Assembly: GCA_037447605.1 (NCBI GenBank)
Contig: CM074805.1
Coordinates: 1,521,361-1,585,360 of the forward strand
DNA from: Zygnema circumcarinatum SAG 698-1b
Lineage: Eukaryota > Plantae > Zygnematophyceae
Direction: 5' to 3'
Length of the DNA stretch: 64,000 bases
The translations under genes and the position numbers were made by a program. Below, one piece after another: positions 48,580 to 61,706 of this stretch; positions within the stretch are counted from its first letter, which is position 1; every line of letters starts with the position of its first letter. The notes under the pieces were generated by a model. That model did no database searches and was not told the origin of the DNA. It saw nothing but the letters and a program-made list of their open reading frames with translations.

Positions 48580-51500
48580 TCAATACGAGAAAAGCAATAG
48601 CCGACTTACCCCATCACCCAGCATATTGCATCGATAGCCTTCTCGTAGCTTCTGAACATGGAGAGCAAAGTCGATATCAAGTTTCCACCATTGAAAGTCA
48701 GAGTTGAGTGGGATTGTCGTATTGCACAAAGATCTATCTCGTTGTCCCCACCCCCCTGTGAGATGTTGAAAATGTGCATGTCCGATGACCCTAGCATCAA
48801 GATCAGCCACTTGCTCCGAAGCCGACTCTCCGGGAACAAGACCATGTACGTTCAAACGTGTGACCTGGTGGTTTTCCACCCGCAACAATGGCATCCATTA
48901 GCGTTGCAAGTAGTTACTGCACTCCCCCAATGAGGTTCACCATAATAACAGAGTTTGCCGTTATCCGAAAAGGTTAGCCCGACTGGCAATCGACATGGAC
49001 ATACCTTTCGGGGATTAACGATAACTTTTCGATGGCCCTTATCACTCCTGCAAAAGTGCGGATCAATATATGGCCTTCCATTTGCACCATTGTCGAAGCA
49101 CGCAGGCTCTGGCCATCGAAACGCGAACCTTTCCACTGTAAAGGCTTCGTGGTCTGCTTCTTCTATGCCGATCCGTCCCAGCTCCTGTGACCTCTCCTCA
49201 GGGGAGCGGCACCAAAAGACCGAAAACCACCAAGAGCCGTGGGAGATTCCTGCCGTACCTTCATAGTTTGAAAGCAAGGACTTCAGAGTTTCAGGGGGGC
49301 GCACCCAAAGGTATTCGTCGAAGTCCGCCATAATAACCCACTTGCTGGTGAAGCGCACACGATAAATGCAATCTTGAATTGCAAGGAGCTGCCATGTCAA
49401 GCAAACATTCACAGTTTGAGGAGCAGAAATAGAATCCAAATCCCTGGTCTGCTCTTCTTTTCTCTGAAGTCCGTATATCATCACCGCTGCACTCATCTTG
49501 CAGACTCTGCCACTCACCTGGCCGAAATACCAGGACTCGAACTTTTGCACCTCCCGGAAATCAGTGACTTCAAGCAAACCCTCCTTTACGTCTCGTTCGA
49601 ACAGGCTCCAAAACTCAGTTGTAGCTGTTCCTACGTCGTAAAACACAAAGTGTTCCACTCCGAGCAGCTTGTAATACTCTACAAACTCGCGGATGTGAAA
49701 GACAGGAAAGTCGTTCCCGTGCATTGGCGCCCCACACAAGCTTGCAAACAGAGGAAGCTCATCGGGGGGTTCCAACAGCTGCTTGGTGTCTGCTTCTTCC
49801 CTGCATGCGCCCCTCACAAATGAGCTCCCTGCAGTCTTTCAGTCTCCTATCCTTCCCCCTCCCCTCCCCCTCCCCCTCAGCTCTTTCCGCCCCAACTCAC
49901 CGGTACATCACCATCTCCTCCCGATCAATGTTCCCTATCAAAAACCCGCCAACGCTGGCATCCTGCTGAGTCTCGCAGATGATTGTAATAGCCTCGTACA
50001 TGAGTTCGTGGTGCTCATAGGGCCAAACCGGACGCAGATTTCCAAACACCACTCCGTTCACTCCCATCCATCTGCACAGCCTCTCCCATACTCATTCCCT
50101 TAGAGACACACTTGAACTGCGGAAGAGAAGCCCAGCCCTCCCTCTGAAGCTCCCTGCTGCAGCTTCCTCGGAATGCAGAGAGAAAGCCATCCTTGAGGGA
50201 GGCCATCCTTTACAAAGCAGGCCGAGGTGCTCCACCTGCAGGCCCCGAGGTTGCGTCTGTTGTGGAGCATCACCACTCCCAGCCCCACCACGGCGAAGGC
50301 CCGGGCATGCATGCGGTACGCGCTGCAGTCCTCTCCCCCACATGCTGAAATCAGACACTCTCGATTGGGGCGAGCCGGAATCTGCATGCTCTTCAAGTTT
50401 GAAGAGCTGCCTTGTCAGCTATCTGGCGGGAAAGAGTACAAATTGCATCCAAAGTGCTAAGGAATGTGGCAGCCAAAGTGGTCCTGTTCACCATGTGAAC
50501 AGGTGCTATCTTGCCCAGCGAGGAAAGTGGGGGGAAACCTGAATTGCACAAAGCCGTAGGGATTGTGTGTTGTGAAGGACTGCTGCCGCCACTGGCGAGG
50601 ATCTCGGGCGAGTATCACGACGTCCGGGTCCCCTGAGAATCCGACCAAAAATGGAAGCATTTGAGAATTCACAAATGTTGTTTGATTGGATGACTATGAA
50701 ATGAAGCAGCATTTGCTCAATAGCCTTCAGAAGTTGCCGACCCTGCTACCTTCCTGAGAGAGGCCATTCGAATTTGCAGAGACGGGCATTAAACAAAAAT
50801 ATCTGTTTCATGACGGACTGTGTTTCATTTACAACTGGCAATCTGCACAATCGTGTGTACTTGTTGAAATCCGCTGCACTCTCCTCTTTCCATACCGGAG
50901 TCTTTTTTCATTTGAAAAAGGACTCCAATACAATACACTAATTTCTCGTTACTGTACTCACAATTCATTGGCTACTTCTATCCTTTCAAACATTGGAACA
51001 TGCCAATAACGAGTTAAGAAAACCACCTGTCACAATGAGAGTCTCATTCTCCTCCTCAGCGCCCACAGACATATCCGGTTTACCGATGCTTGAAATTAGA
51101 CTCTTCGTTTCCGCAGCCCGCAGTTGAATCTGTTCAGAGGAACATCACCTTCCCCCAGTTCTCAAACTCGAAAAAAGTGAAACGGTGCTCCGTCAGAAGT
51201 GCAATGACGAGACCGCGAACGTAATTAACGAGAAGGAGAAAGGTTACATGCAGGTTAAGAATGCAGACAAGCCGAATTTGAACCAGTGTGACGCACAAGG
51301 TTTTTCCTTCTTCAATCTGAACACTCGTCCTGCATCCTAAAACACTTCCAGAACGTCTTGATCCCCAGTTCTTAGTTGTAGATCCATTTAAGTCCTTAAC
51401 ACACATTCTTAGTCGACAACACCAAAATGCAATAAAAACACGCCAATGCCGTTAATTCCGCCTTTTAAAAGCCAGACAGTTTCGGCAGAAAACGTTTCTC

Positions 51501-52420
51501 TCTTCCCTGTATCATGCGGCTGCAACCTTGGGCGGCCCACCTGTTCCACCATCGACTTGCGGACCTCCTCCAGCTCCTTCCGCTGCGCCACTCTGTGCCT
51601 CCCCTCTGCCTCGCGCGCCTCCGCCATGACTTCCTTCAGCAGCCGAACCTCACGAACCGCCTCCTGACTCTCGTCCGCCACCAGGCTCAGAGCTTGCTGC
51701 TGCTTTTCTGCCAATTTCTGCAACTGGAGCAGCAACTCGTTGCTTCTGCGCTCATCTGCTTCAACTGCGCTCATGATCAAAGCCCTCTCTCTGCGATTGC
51801 TCTCCATCAAATTGCTGATTGCGTCCACTAATTGCTCTGAAGGGTCCTTCTTCGTCACTATCTCTCCCACGGTTCCGTTATCTGCAACCGCAACATTCTG
51901 CATGGGCCTGCCAGCAAAGAGGGCCGATTCCGCAGCCGAGAACGCTGAGCCTTGGTCCTCAAGACATCTCAGTAACAGAAAAGATGGTCGGAACAGTCCG
52001 TTATAAAGTTAGGGTTGCAAATAGGAAGAGGGGAGAGATCAGGCAAGTGAGTCGTCGGCGTACCATTTAAATGGTATATTTCCAAAACTCATAGAAGGGT
52101 CCGTCAAGTACGGCATGTTCGAGGTAATCCACTCCATAGACTGCAAACCGCAACAGACGCGACTTCAAGTTGTGAACTGCATCGCTATGTAGCTTGCTAG
52201 GACAATCAAAAACAGAGACAGGCAGGTGAAACGAGTAGCACGCGGCGGCAGTTGAAGTCCCTCGGAACCGTACAAAAGTAATCCACATGAAAGTGGTGAG
52301 GATGCACATGAGGAGCGTGCAAAAAATGCAGCTTGTAAAGGAAATGCCGCCGGCCGAGCCCGCCGCCATGGCTGCCGGCTTCGGGCGGCCCACCTTCCGG
52401 GCAGCGCCCTTGCCCTGCAT
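48580..52420 (-). CDS. GT92/DUF23 glycosyltransferase (galactan beta-1,4-galactosyltransferase-like), type II membrane protein; multi-exon
   Basis: N-terminal TM helix CIFCTLLMCILTTFMWITFV; AYRMHARAFAVVGLG; IREFVEYYKLLGVEHFVFYDVG; QLLAIQDCIYR; DFDEY (DxD); RKVIVNPR. 3' end approximate (possible donor GTAAGT near 48609). Confidence 0.85.
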
Positions 52421-53588
52421 TTGTGGTCTGAGGGAGGGCCCGGGAGGCAGGCAGAGAGGGAGGGAGGAAAGGAGGGAGAGAGGGAGGGGCCATCCGGGGG
52501 AGGGAGGGAGCGGGGGAGGACGGCCCCGCGCTCGCCACGTGCCCTGCCGGCCGCGACCCGGCTCCGTACCGTCGGCAGAGAACGTTTCCATTTGGACCGT
52601 GGGATAACGACAAGTGAGTTGTAAAGCACATGCTGCGCACAAGTTTGTGGCTGGACTCGATCCTGCCATGCGTACGGATGGCTGCTGCTGCACGTGAGCC
52701 AAGTACGGGCTGGCTGGCTTGCTGAATGTTCATTCGGGAATCTGATGCGCGAGCGGATCACGAGTCGGCTTGTTAAGTGTCCAATTCTTGGGTCCAGTTG
52801 GGAGGGGCAGTTTGCGGATTGTGGTGCGGATGAGGTCAGCACCTGGCGGATGGCGAGGAAAAAGCATGGCACTCTGACGAGAGTGACGTCATGTAAGAAT
52901 CTGCAACACCAGCACCGCGAATCGCCCAGCGCCAACCAGCAATCACTCACCTTTTGTTTTTTTAGGTCTGCTCGGCGCCTTGCACGCCCCTCCGTACGCT
53001 TAGCCCAAGTCTCTTGTCTTGCAGGCGACTCTCCGGCCCCGCGACCGGACGCACGCCCTGCGCTGCAACTAGGGATGGCCCGCGTTATAAATTCCGAATA
53101 CATTATATATTTTACAACGGGTTCAAAAGTAGTAATATATTACAAAGTAAAACACTTTACTGTATTACATATATTATGCCCACTCGTTTTGAACAATTGA
53201 CAGCCGTACAACCGTACTCGTACGGTCGTACGGTCGTACCATACCAAAATTAGGTCGTTTTGGCGTTGGCGTTGCGAAATGCGTCCGTCTGGTTCACTCT
53301 GTCTGCTCGTGCTCGGTGTAGCGTAATGGAGCTGCGCTCGACGGATCCGCGTCCGTTCAGTTGTACTTGACATATTCATATTCAGTGTCACGGACCGGCA
53401 TAATCCAGGAGCTGCCGACGGAGGATGCGAGAAGGCGGCGCCATGTGTTGGCGGCCCACGGAACAGCACACCATCCAGCTAGGCGCACTCGGAAGCGCCG
53501 CAAAATGCCGCCGATTGTCATCAGTTGACCAATCCGAAGGCTCCACGCAGTCAGTCAGGCCACTCATTGGGCAGTTGGCCAATCAGGG

Positions 53589-53598
53589 NNNNNNNNNN
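53589..53598. other. Assembly gap (10 N)
   Basis: N run; hides the 5' LTR end, the PBS and the start of gag. Confidence 1.
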
Positions 53599-56500
53599 AC
53601 ATGTACGACCACACTACATGAATGCTACAGATCCACGACAAGATCGACTATACCAGCAGTTCTTGAAGACACGGAATCAGCAGTTGTATGATCCCTACGC
53701 TACATCTTCTAGGAACAAGCCGTCTTTCTCCGGCATCCCTACTCAGGACGTCCGGGCAGCCCCTGTGGTGCAGCCTCTGGCTATAGCCAGCACGACCAAG
53801 CCCCTTCCCCCTTCTCCATACCCTCATGATCCTGCGCATCCCATTGAGCCTTTGGTGAATCCTCACATACCCGATGTTCCTCGTCCAGGATATCGGGGTC
53901 CTTATTCCGATCGCACACCCGAAGAGAGAGAAGCTGCCAGAGCCGATTTGCGCCGTCGGATGACAAAGGCAGGGGTTCCAGAGGGCGTTTGTCTTGCCTG
54001 CGGCCTGAATCATAATCCGCGGCTGCGTTGTGGACCATGGACCTGCACCTTCTGCCAGATCACGGGACATGATGCCTGTGTATGCATGCGGAGACTCTCA
54101 AGTGAGAAGGCCCGAAAGGGGAAAGAGGCAGCTGCAGGGAGCTCACCTGCAGAGATCACCTTCATGGACATGCTCCCGGCTAATCACACACCACCGAGAA
54201 CTCCGGCTCCCTTTCGCTCGCCTCCACCTCCTTCACCTGCTTATACCATCCTGCAACGTCCGCCTATCCATCTGCACCCCATGGAGTCCCCTTCCTTGAC
54301 AAACGCATTGGGGGCCGAGCCCGATCTGGCTGCCCGCGCCCGCACTGCACAGATTGCCGCGGCATTACAGCCGGCTTGGTCTGAATCACCCATCAATTCT
54401 GAAGAAGGTGCTCAAGCCCGGATCGCCGAGATTGCAACTGCCTTGCGCAGGCTCCCTGTCAACCAAAGCGATCCTCATGCTCATCCCCTGCCATTCCTCC
54501 CTGCCAATGTCAACGGCGCCAGCTCCTCTGGCACGGCTCCACCGGTCGCCACCCCTGTCCGGAGAACTTCAGTCCTCCCTCCTTCCACGGGTCATCCCTT
54601 GGGATCCATGCCTGAGGAGGAAACAGACGATCTCAATGAGGAGGAGCCGACAGCGGCACAGCCAGAGCCGACAGCACCAGCGACAGAAGAAATGCACGTC
54701 AACCCTCCCCATCGCCCTCGGGCAGCCCGTTTCTACCCCCAAGCAGCCGATCGTCGCCCACCTCCCCCATTGCATGGCCTATCCCCTCGACAGAACGCAT
54801 GGTCATCAGCTCATGGGAGACAAGGCTAAGATCGGCATTACCTTGTCACAGTTGATGCAGCTGGTACCAGGTGCTGCAGCCGTAGTTCGTAAGCTGGCCG
54901 ACAGTGCAGAGGCCACCCTGCGGCCTCCCACGGTTCCCATGGCACCTCCTCCGGACATCCCCTCGCCGGCAGATATCCACCACATGGCCACGGCGCCTCT
55001 TCCAGACCCAGTTCGCTCTCCCCGCCATCCTCCTCGCCAGATTCATGTCCTCCCTCTGATCCCAACACCCAACGTGCGAATCATTGTCAATGTATGGCTA
55101 AACGGTCATCCCAGCAAGGCCATGATCGACACAGGAGCTATGCGCACAGTTCTGTCCAAGCCAGTGATGAAGGCTGCAGGGGTTAAGTTGGACAAGACGC
55201 TCGAGCCCATTCCCCGATATGTGGGGGTTGAGGGGAGTCTACATGAAGGATTGGGCAGTGCCCAAGTGATCATCAGCCTTGGCGAGATGGGAGCCACGGT
55301 GAATGCGGTCATCACTGCCGCTGAGCATTATTCTATCCTGCTTGGCTCAGATTGGCTCATTGCAATGGGAGCACAAATCGACTTTTCTACGTGTCAGCTG
55401 CACTTATCTGCTGGCGGGACAGATTGCTCCTTCCCCATCATCCTCGAGTCCCTTGCCACCTCCGCCTTCCCTAACGCCACGCCACGGCCAGGTCTCCCTA
55501 CGACAGATCACCATGTACCCATCCGTTCGGTAACCCCATTCTTCCTATGGATCGGGCTACTCCTGATACCGAGGATCTAGGATTCCCCTCCCCGCTTCCT
55601 CCTCGGTCCAGCCCTCTCAGGTACGACGAAGAACTTTTGCCGCCGATAGTCAAGACTCCAGCTTCCCCAATGCAGACCATCGCTGATGAAGAGTGGTCGG
55701 AAATAGAGGGTCAGATGCGATTGGGGCCAGCAGTACTCTCAGACCCGATCAAGCATTCTCAACTACGCCAAGTGCTGCGCCGAAATCACCTAGTTTTTGC
55801 ACGACATTCACTCGACATCGGTAAGACCCACCTGATTGAGCATCACATCGATACGGGAGATTCCCCCCCAGTGATGACCATGACCCCCTACCGCTTTTCA
55901 GCCGCTCAGCAGGCCGATGTCGAAAGACAGATCGATGAGAATGTGGCTGCCGGATTGATGGAACCTGGAGAAGGACCTTGGGCCAGCCCGGCCGTTCTGC
56001 CCCCAAAGCCGGATGGCACACTCCGCTTCTGTGGAGACTATCGGAAACTGAATGCAGTGACGAAGTGGGATCCCTATACGTTGCCGGATGTGGACCTTAT
56101 ACTCCACGGCGTCTCCCCTGAGGACCGGTGGTTCTCGGCACTGGACATGCAGAAGTCCTTCTGGCAGATCCCTCTGCGACAGGCCGATCGCTGCAAGACA
56201 GGGCTTCGCACAGCCACGCGCTTCGTGCAGTGGACAGTGCTTCCCTTTGGGCTCAAGAATTCCAGCCAGACTCACCAGGGTGATTGATTCCGGTGCTTCA
56301 AGACACATGTGCGTGGACGACTCACTCTTTGTAGAAAAGGAGACTTTGGAGGGAACCCGCTCGGTCTACTTTGCAATTGGAGAAGGAGTCTCGGTGACGC
56401 AAGGCGGAACAGTCAAGTTGGAGGTGCTCGGGGAGGGAAGCACGCAGAGGGTTGTCCATGTTGGTAACGTACTGCATACTCCCGGAGTGTTAGTCAGCTG

Positions 56501-59500
56501 TGTGAGAAGGACTATGGAGTATGGTTTGAGAAGGGTAGTTGTGAGGTCATTCACAAGGAGACAGGGCAAGTCTTGTGCAAGGGAATCCAGCAAGGTGGGC
56601 TTTACTTTCTAGAGTGGAAGGAGGCTCAAGGGCTGAGCTATCCCGCCAAGGACCCTGTGGAGGAACCCATTCACCATAAGATAGATCCAGACCAGCTTGG
56701 AGGAGGAAAGGGGATGCTAGAGCAAGCATTGAGGCTCAGGGGAGCAGGGGATTATTTCGCCAACGACATTTCAGATAGCCAGGCTAAGGGGGTTGAAAGA
56801 CCCATCACCGAAAGGGTGGACATTAGTGGTGGTGAGAATGTGTGCGAATTCCAGGATCACTCAGAGTTAGTGAGCTCCAAGGAGGCCGGAAACACGGGCT
56901 TGTTGCATCCAAACAAGGATGGAGTTGAAGTGGAGGGGTCCTTTCAACCCAGGGTAGTTGAGCAGCCTGAGGACAAGGTTGCGGCTACAAAAGAATACCC
57001 GGTTGTTGGACCTATGAGGAGTTCAGCGGAAGCGCCCAGGATCGAGTGTGAAAGGCGACCAAGAGGAGATCAAGAGGGGGAAGATTCTCTCCTAGGCCTT
57101 TGGATCAAGAGGGGGCAGCTTGTTCAACCAAGGGAGCATACACGTAGTTGTGGGACACTAGGGGATTGTAGTGGTCTCATGGAACTAGGGCCCATGGGGA
57201 ACTAAGTACCAAGAGGGGGATTGTTAGTGTAAAGTAGTTAAGGACTTGTTGTACACTAAGTTGTTGGTACTAAGTTCTAAGGAGGGGTGTGCTCATCATG
57301 TCTACATTGTACGGCGAACCGTCTAAGTGACCGTACAAGTCTTTAAGGGGTGTGCAAATAGCGCGCAGAGTCTGATTTGGCAAGGCAAGGCATCAGAATG
57401 TCGGTGGAGCCAATCAGTGGTACGATTTGTAAGGCCAGGACCTCGAATGTACGGACATTGGTCGGTGGCGCGGCGCGGCGTGGCGGAGTCAGATGTGACG
57501 TGGCGCGACGCGACAAATCGAGAAGTGACGAGGCGCGAATCAGCGCGCGGAGCAGAACTGACGAGGTACGGAGTCAGCAATGTCTCATTTGGAGGACAGT
57601 GGCGAATCGGAAGGCGCCACGTGTCGGGTTAAAGGGAAGGCCTGTACGGCCTAGGTCGGTGGCGCTCGTAGGCTTACGGGGTCCCACATGACGCCAAGTA
57701 ATGAGGAGTCAGATCCTACGGTGGAGGACGCGGATGGAGATAAGGCTGAGGCGGATCTGACGGCATTGATGTGCTGGATCCGTGCAAGCTGAGGAGGATC
57801 CGACGGCGCGAGATTAGGATCGGGATAAGGGTCTTGCAAGGCGTTGCATGTGCGGCCATGACGTGACAATGTCACTAATGGCGCCATATTGTATTTAAGG
57901 CTTAGATTGTTTGGTAGAAGTTAACCTTCTCGTGACTCACATTAGGGGAGTGAGGCTATCTTGCTTCGGTTCAAGAAGATAGTGAGAAGAGTTCAGCTTG
58001 TAGTGGGGTGGTTTATTCACGTAGCTTGAGTGGAGGTGCTTGAAGCTTGGCTCTAGTGTTGTCAAGTTGTATTTCATCTTTATCTTAAGGAGTTTTAGGC
58101 TGGTGGCTTTCTCCTTACATTTTCATATTTCCGCCGAGTTGTTCTCTTGCATTTAGTGTGCTTTGTGTGATTGAGCAATTCATTGAAGATGTCGAGTTCT
58201 ACCCAGGGTAGAGGAGAAGTGGCAGCCCCACCAAGGGAGGGCGCTGCAACAACAACCAGCGCCTGGCCAACCAGGTATTCGGCCCCTGTCGTGCCTTCTG
58301 CGAACCTTACGTGGATGATGCTTCCCTCCACAGCAAGGATTGGTCCTCCCACCTGCAACACATTGACCAAGTACTTCAACAGCTCATCAGTGCGCGTTTG
58401 AAGATTGCACCCAAGAAGTGCAAATGGGGCCATCAGGAGATCACTCATCTCGGGCACCGCCTCGGCATCAATGGCCTGAAACCATCACTCGACAAGATTG
58501 AAGCGATTGACCTTATGCCGATTCCACAGAACCTCACTCAGCTCAAGTCTTTCTTGGGACTCACCTCATTCTATCGCCGGTTCATCAAGGGCTATTCCCT
58601 TATCGCGCGTCCCCTACATGCCTTGGAGAAGCACGGAGTCCACTACGAATGGAGCCGAGCGCAGGATTTGGCCTTCCAGGCGCTCAAGAGTGCCCTCCTT
58701 CAGGCTCCTTGTCTGCATCAATTCGACCCCACCCTGCCCACCATCATTGACGCTGACTGGAGTCAGACGGGCTTTGGGGCAGTGGCCAGTCAAGCCTTCT
58801 CGGATGTGGAACACCCGGTCAGTTATGCTAGCAGGGTTTGTTCGGAAACCGAGACCAAGTACAGCCCTACTGAGGGTGAGGCAGCGGCCATTCTCTGGGC
58901 ACTGGAGAAGTTCAAGCTCTTTACGGCCTACCAGCCCATTATCATTAGGACTGACCACATGCCACTCACTTGGCTGCACATCATGGCTACCCTACGACCT
59001 AAGTTTGCACGATGGGTGATGAAGTTGGAGGAGTATAATGTAATCAAGGTCACTCACCGTCCCGGCCGTAGTCACGGCAGTGCTAACGGCCTCAGTCGCA
59101 ATCCGTCGGCTCCCCTCCTCTGTCACGATCCGGCCGTTCCTGAACCCATCCCTCCACCCACCCTCTTGAACCCTGAGCATCTTCCCATTGAGATTTTTAT
59201 TGCCGATCAAGACCTGCATGATGTCATATTCGCGGATGGGCTGATCGATATTCCGGCCACGGCCACCACCCTCCATCGCTGGCAGGACCCTGACTTCACC
59301 CACGGCCACCCCCATGCGGATCCGTGGGAACTCCTCATGGATGACGATGGCGAAGCTCCCTTCCTTCCTCCCCATTTCCCCAGCGCCAATGACGTCCATT
59401 CTGACTCCTCTCTTCTGCGCTGCGTCATGACTCGCACACTGCCCCCTTTTATCACGGATACCGAGAGGGCTCGGCTGCTCCGCTGCGCTCGGAACTTCTC

Positions 59501-60674
59501 TGTCGATGATGAAGGACAGATTCTCTACCTCCCCTCCGGCCTTCCTGTTCCTTTCCCCAACGAGCGCATGGAAATTCTGGACGTCGCACACGATTCCCAG
59601 CCCGGCGGATTCCACCTTGGCCAGAAGAAGATGGTCGCCCTGCTGCAGGAGCGCTACTATTGGCCCGGCCTCCATGGCGCGGTGAGCCGCTACATCGAAA
59701 CCTGCACCCGCTGCCAACGCGGCAAGCGCTCTGCTCCCCCCGACCGCCAACCCCTCGAGATGGGTGAGATCCCGATACGCGGCGTCGCAGAAGATTGGAA
59801 CATCGACACCTTTTCTATCCCCCAGCTCGGCACCCCCTCTGGCTACATTCGGGTCTTCCTAGCCGTGGACAGATACACCAAGTGGGTGGAAGTTCACGCG
59901 ACAGAATCTAAGCATTCAGTCCACTCTGCCCGCCTCCTGACGGCCATCATTCACCGTCACTCTCTCCCCTACTCTGTCCACTCTGACAATGGCACCGGAT
60001 CCAAGGGAGCCTTTCAGCTGGTGCAGGGACTCCACATCATCAGCCAGCACCTGTAGCCCCCCCCTGCCAGCTTGGCAGGAACTGGGCTGCAGGAGCGTGC
60101 CATGCGCCGTCGCGGCAATGCGTGCATCGCAGCTGCGCGAAGTGCGAGGCGTGGGCGAGCATCTCTCCTGGTCGTCTTCACGTGCAACACCTCTGCCTCA
60201 CTATTCCAGCCTCGATTTCCTCCCTGCAAGCTCCTCTATGGCCGTAAGCCCCGCATTCCCCTTGACCTCCTCTCTGCTGAGCCCCTCTTCTACGATGACG
60301 CGCCTCCCCCGGATCGGGTCGCCCAGCTTCAGCTCCTGGCCCTCCGCTTCCAAACCCTAGATTCCATGGCCTCCCACCACCTCGAACGCGCGCACAGGCG
60401 ACAACTCACCGACTTTGGGAGGCGCCGACGCGCTGCTCTCCCGCCCAATCAGGTCGCGCCCCGTCAGCTCATTTGGCTCAGGAATCTCGCCAAACCGACT
60501 CAACGGGCTTTTCCGTGGTTGGGCCCCTTCATTTGTGTCGGTCCGTCGGAGATCCCAGGATGGACCATCATTTCGGAAGGCCCTGACTCTAGTGGAAACG
60601 CCCGGCGCTGGCGTTCACACTGGATCGACATTCGTGCCGCCACGTCAGCGGTTCCTCCCCCCCGCGATGGCTGA
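53599..60674 (+). pseudogene. Frameshifted, interrupted gag-pol (zinc knuckle, protease, RT, RNase H, integrase)
   Basis: CTFCQITGHDACVC; IDTGA..ILLGSDWL; WASP..RFCGDYRKLN, PFGLKN, YVDD; PVSYASR, RTDH; H..H..CTRC, WNIDT, HSDNG. Gypsy domain order; several frameshifts. Confidence 0.9.
56279..58254 (+). mobile_element. Truncated, internally deleted Ty1/copia element inserted in the gypsy RT
   Basis: VIDSGASRHM protease and GGLYFL pre-integrase motif; PPT AAGAGGGGGA at 57211-57220; LTR from 57222 (or 57290) to ...AACA at 58254; 5-bp TSD ACCAG at 56274-56278 and 58255-58259. Removal restores SQTHQRLANQVF..YVDD. Confidence 0.85.
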
Positions 60675-61276
60675 CCGTTTGCGACCGACATCACGGTCTC
60701 CTCGTACCCCCCCCCGGCCATGACGACTCCTCATTGGTCTATTTCTAATTCCCGCCACTTTTTTGCCCACTTCGCCACCATTTTCCAGTCTGTCGTAACT
60801 TTCGATTTTGAATTTGTCTTACTCCCTCCTCCACCTCCGGTCCTGCCGATACTCCCCATTGCCGAATGTACGCGGAAGCTTCTCCACACGGCCACCGACT
60901 CGCCTAACGCGGCCCCCGTCCACGTCATCATTGTCTCCTCCCCTGCCCTTTGTCTCTTCTTCATTGCGCCCGCAGGGGCGTGCGCTTGTTTTCCCCCCCG
61001 CGGCATGTGCTACAGATGTAGCGTAACGGAGCTGCATTCGACGGATCCGCGCCCGTTCAGTTGTACTTGACATATTCATATTCAGTGTCACGGACCGGCA
61101 TAATCCAGGAGTTGCCGACGGAAAATGCGAGAAGGCGGCGCCATGTGTTGGCGGCCCGCGAGCGACACACCATCGGCTAGAAGCGCACTGGAGCGCCGCC
61201 AAATACCGCCGATTGTCATCAGTTGACCAATCGAAGGCTCCACTGTGATCCCGGTCAGGCCACTCATTGGGCGTTG

Positions 61277-61706
61277 TGTCGGGGAGATTTATCCTGCTAG
61301 AGACTCAAGATCTATTGTCAGCGCTAAGTAGATGGGATGTCAGTGATGCTAGTTTGTCTTTTAGTGCTGGGCTTAGTATTTGTATTTGCTGTGTGGTTTG
61401 TTGTCTTGTTCTCCTTTTTCTTCCTCTTCAGTGACAGCAACAGATGCTAAGTGTGAGAGAGAGAGAGAGTTCCATGGCATAGAGAGAGAGAGAGAGAAAG
61501 AGTCTTCTTGCTGATAGCATTTAGACATCCCATTCAGCCCAGCCAGACAAAGATTCAAGTGAGAAGACGCTTTCATTGTAATGACAATCCCCAGCCAACC
61601 GCTGGCTGGGGTGAGTTTCCAAAATACCACCTTTATCTAAGTTGAGTACTGTTTTCCCTTTGCTGTCACTATGCCAAGCTACCATCTTGTGCTATCCTGT
61701 CTTACA
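61277..61706. mobile_element. LTR-like fragment inserted in the gypsy 3' LTR
   Basis: Similarity to the 5' LTR breaks at 61276. The segment is bounded by TGTCGG...CTTACA, and the adjacent TTCCTCCTAA reads as a PPT on the minus strand. Confidence 0.5.

Noticed and set aside
53440-53588. High divergence between the two gypsy LTRs as an age signal
   Set aside because: Indels cluster next to the assembly gap and may be sequence error.
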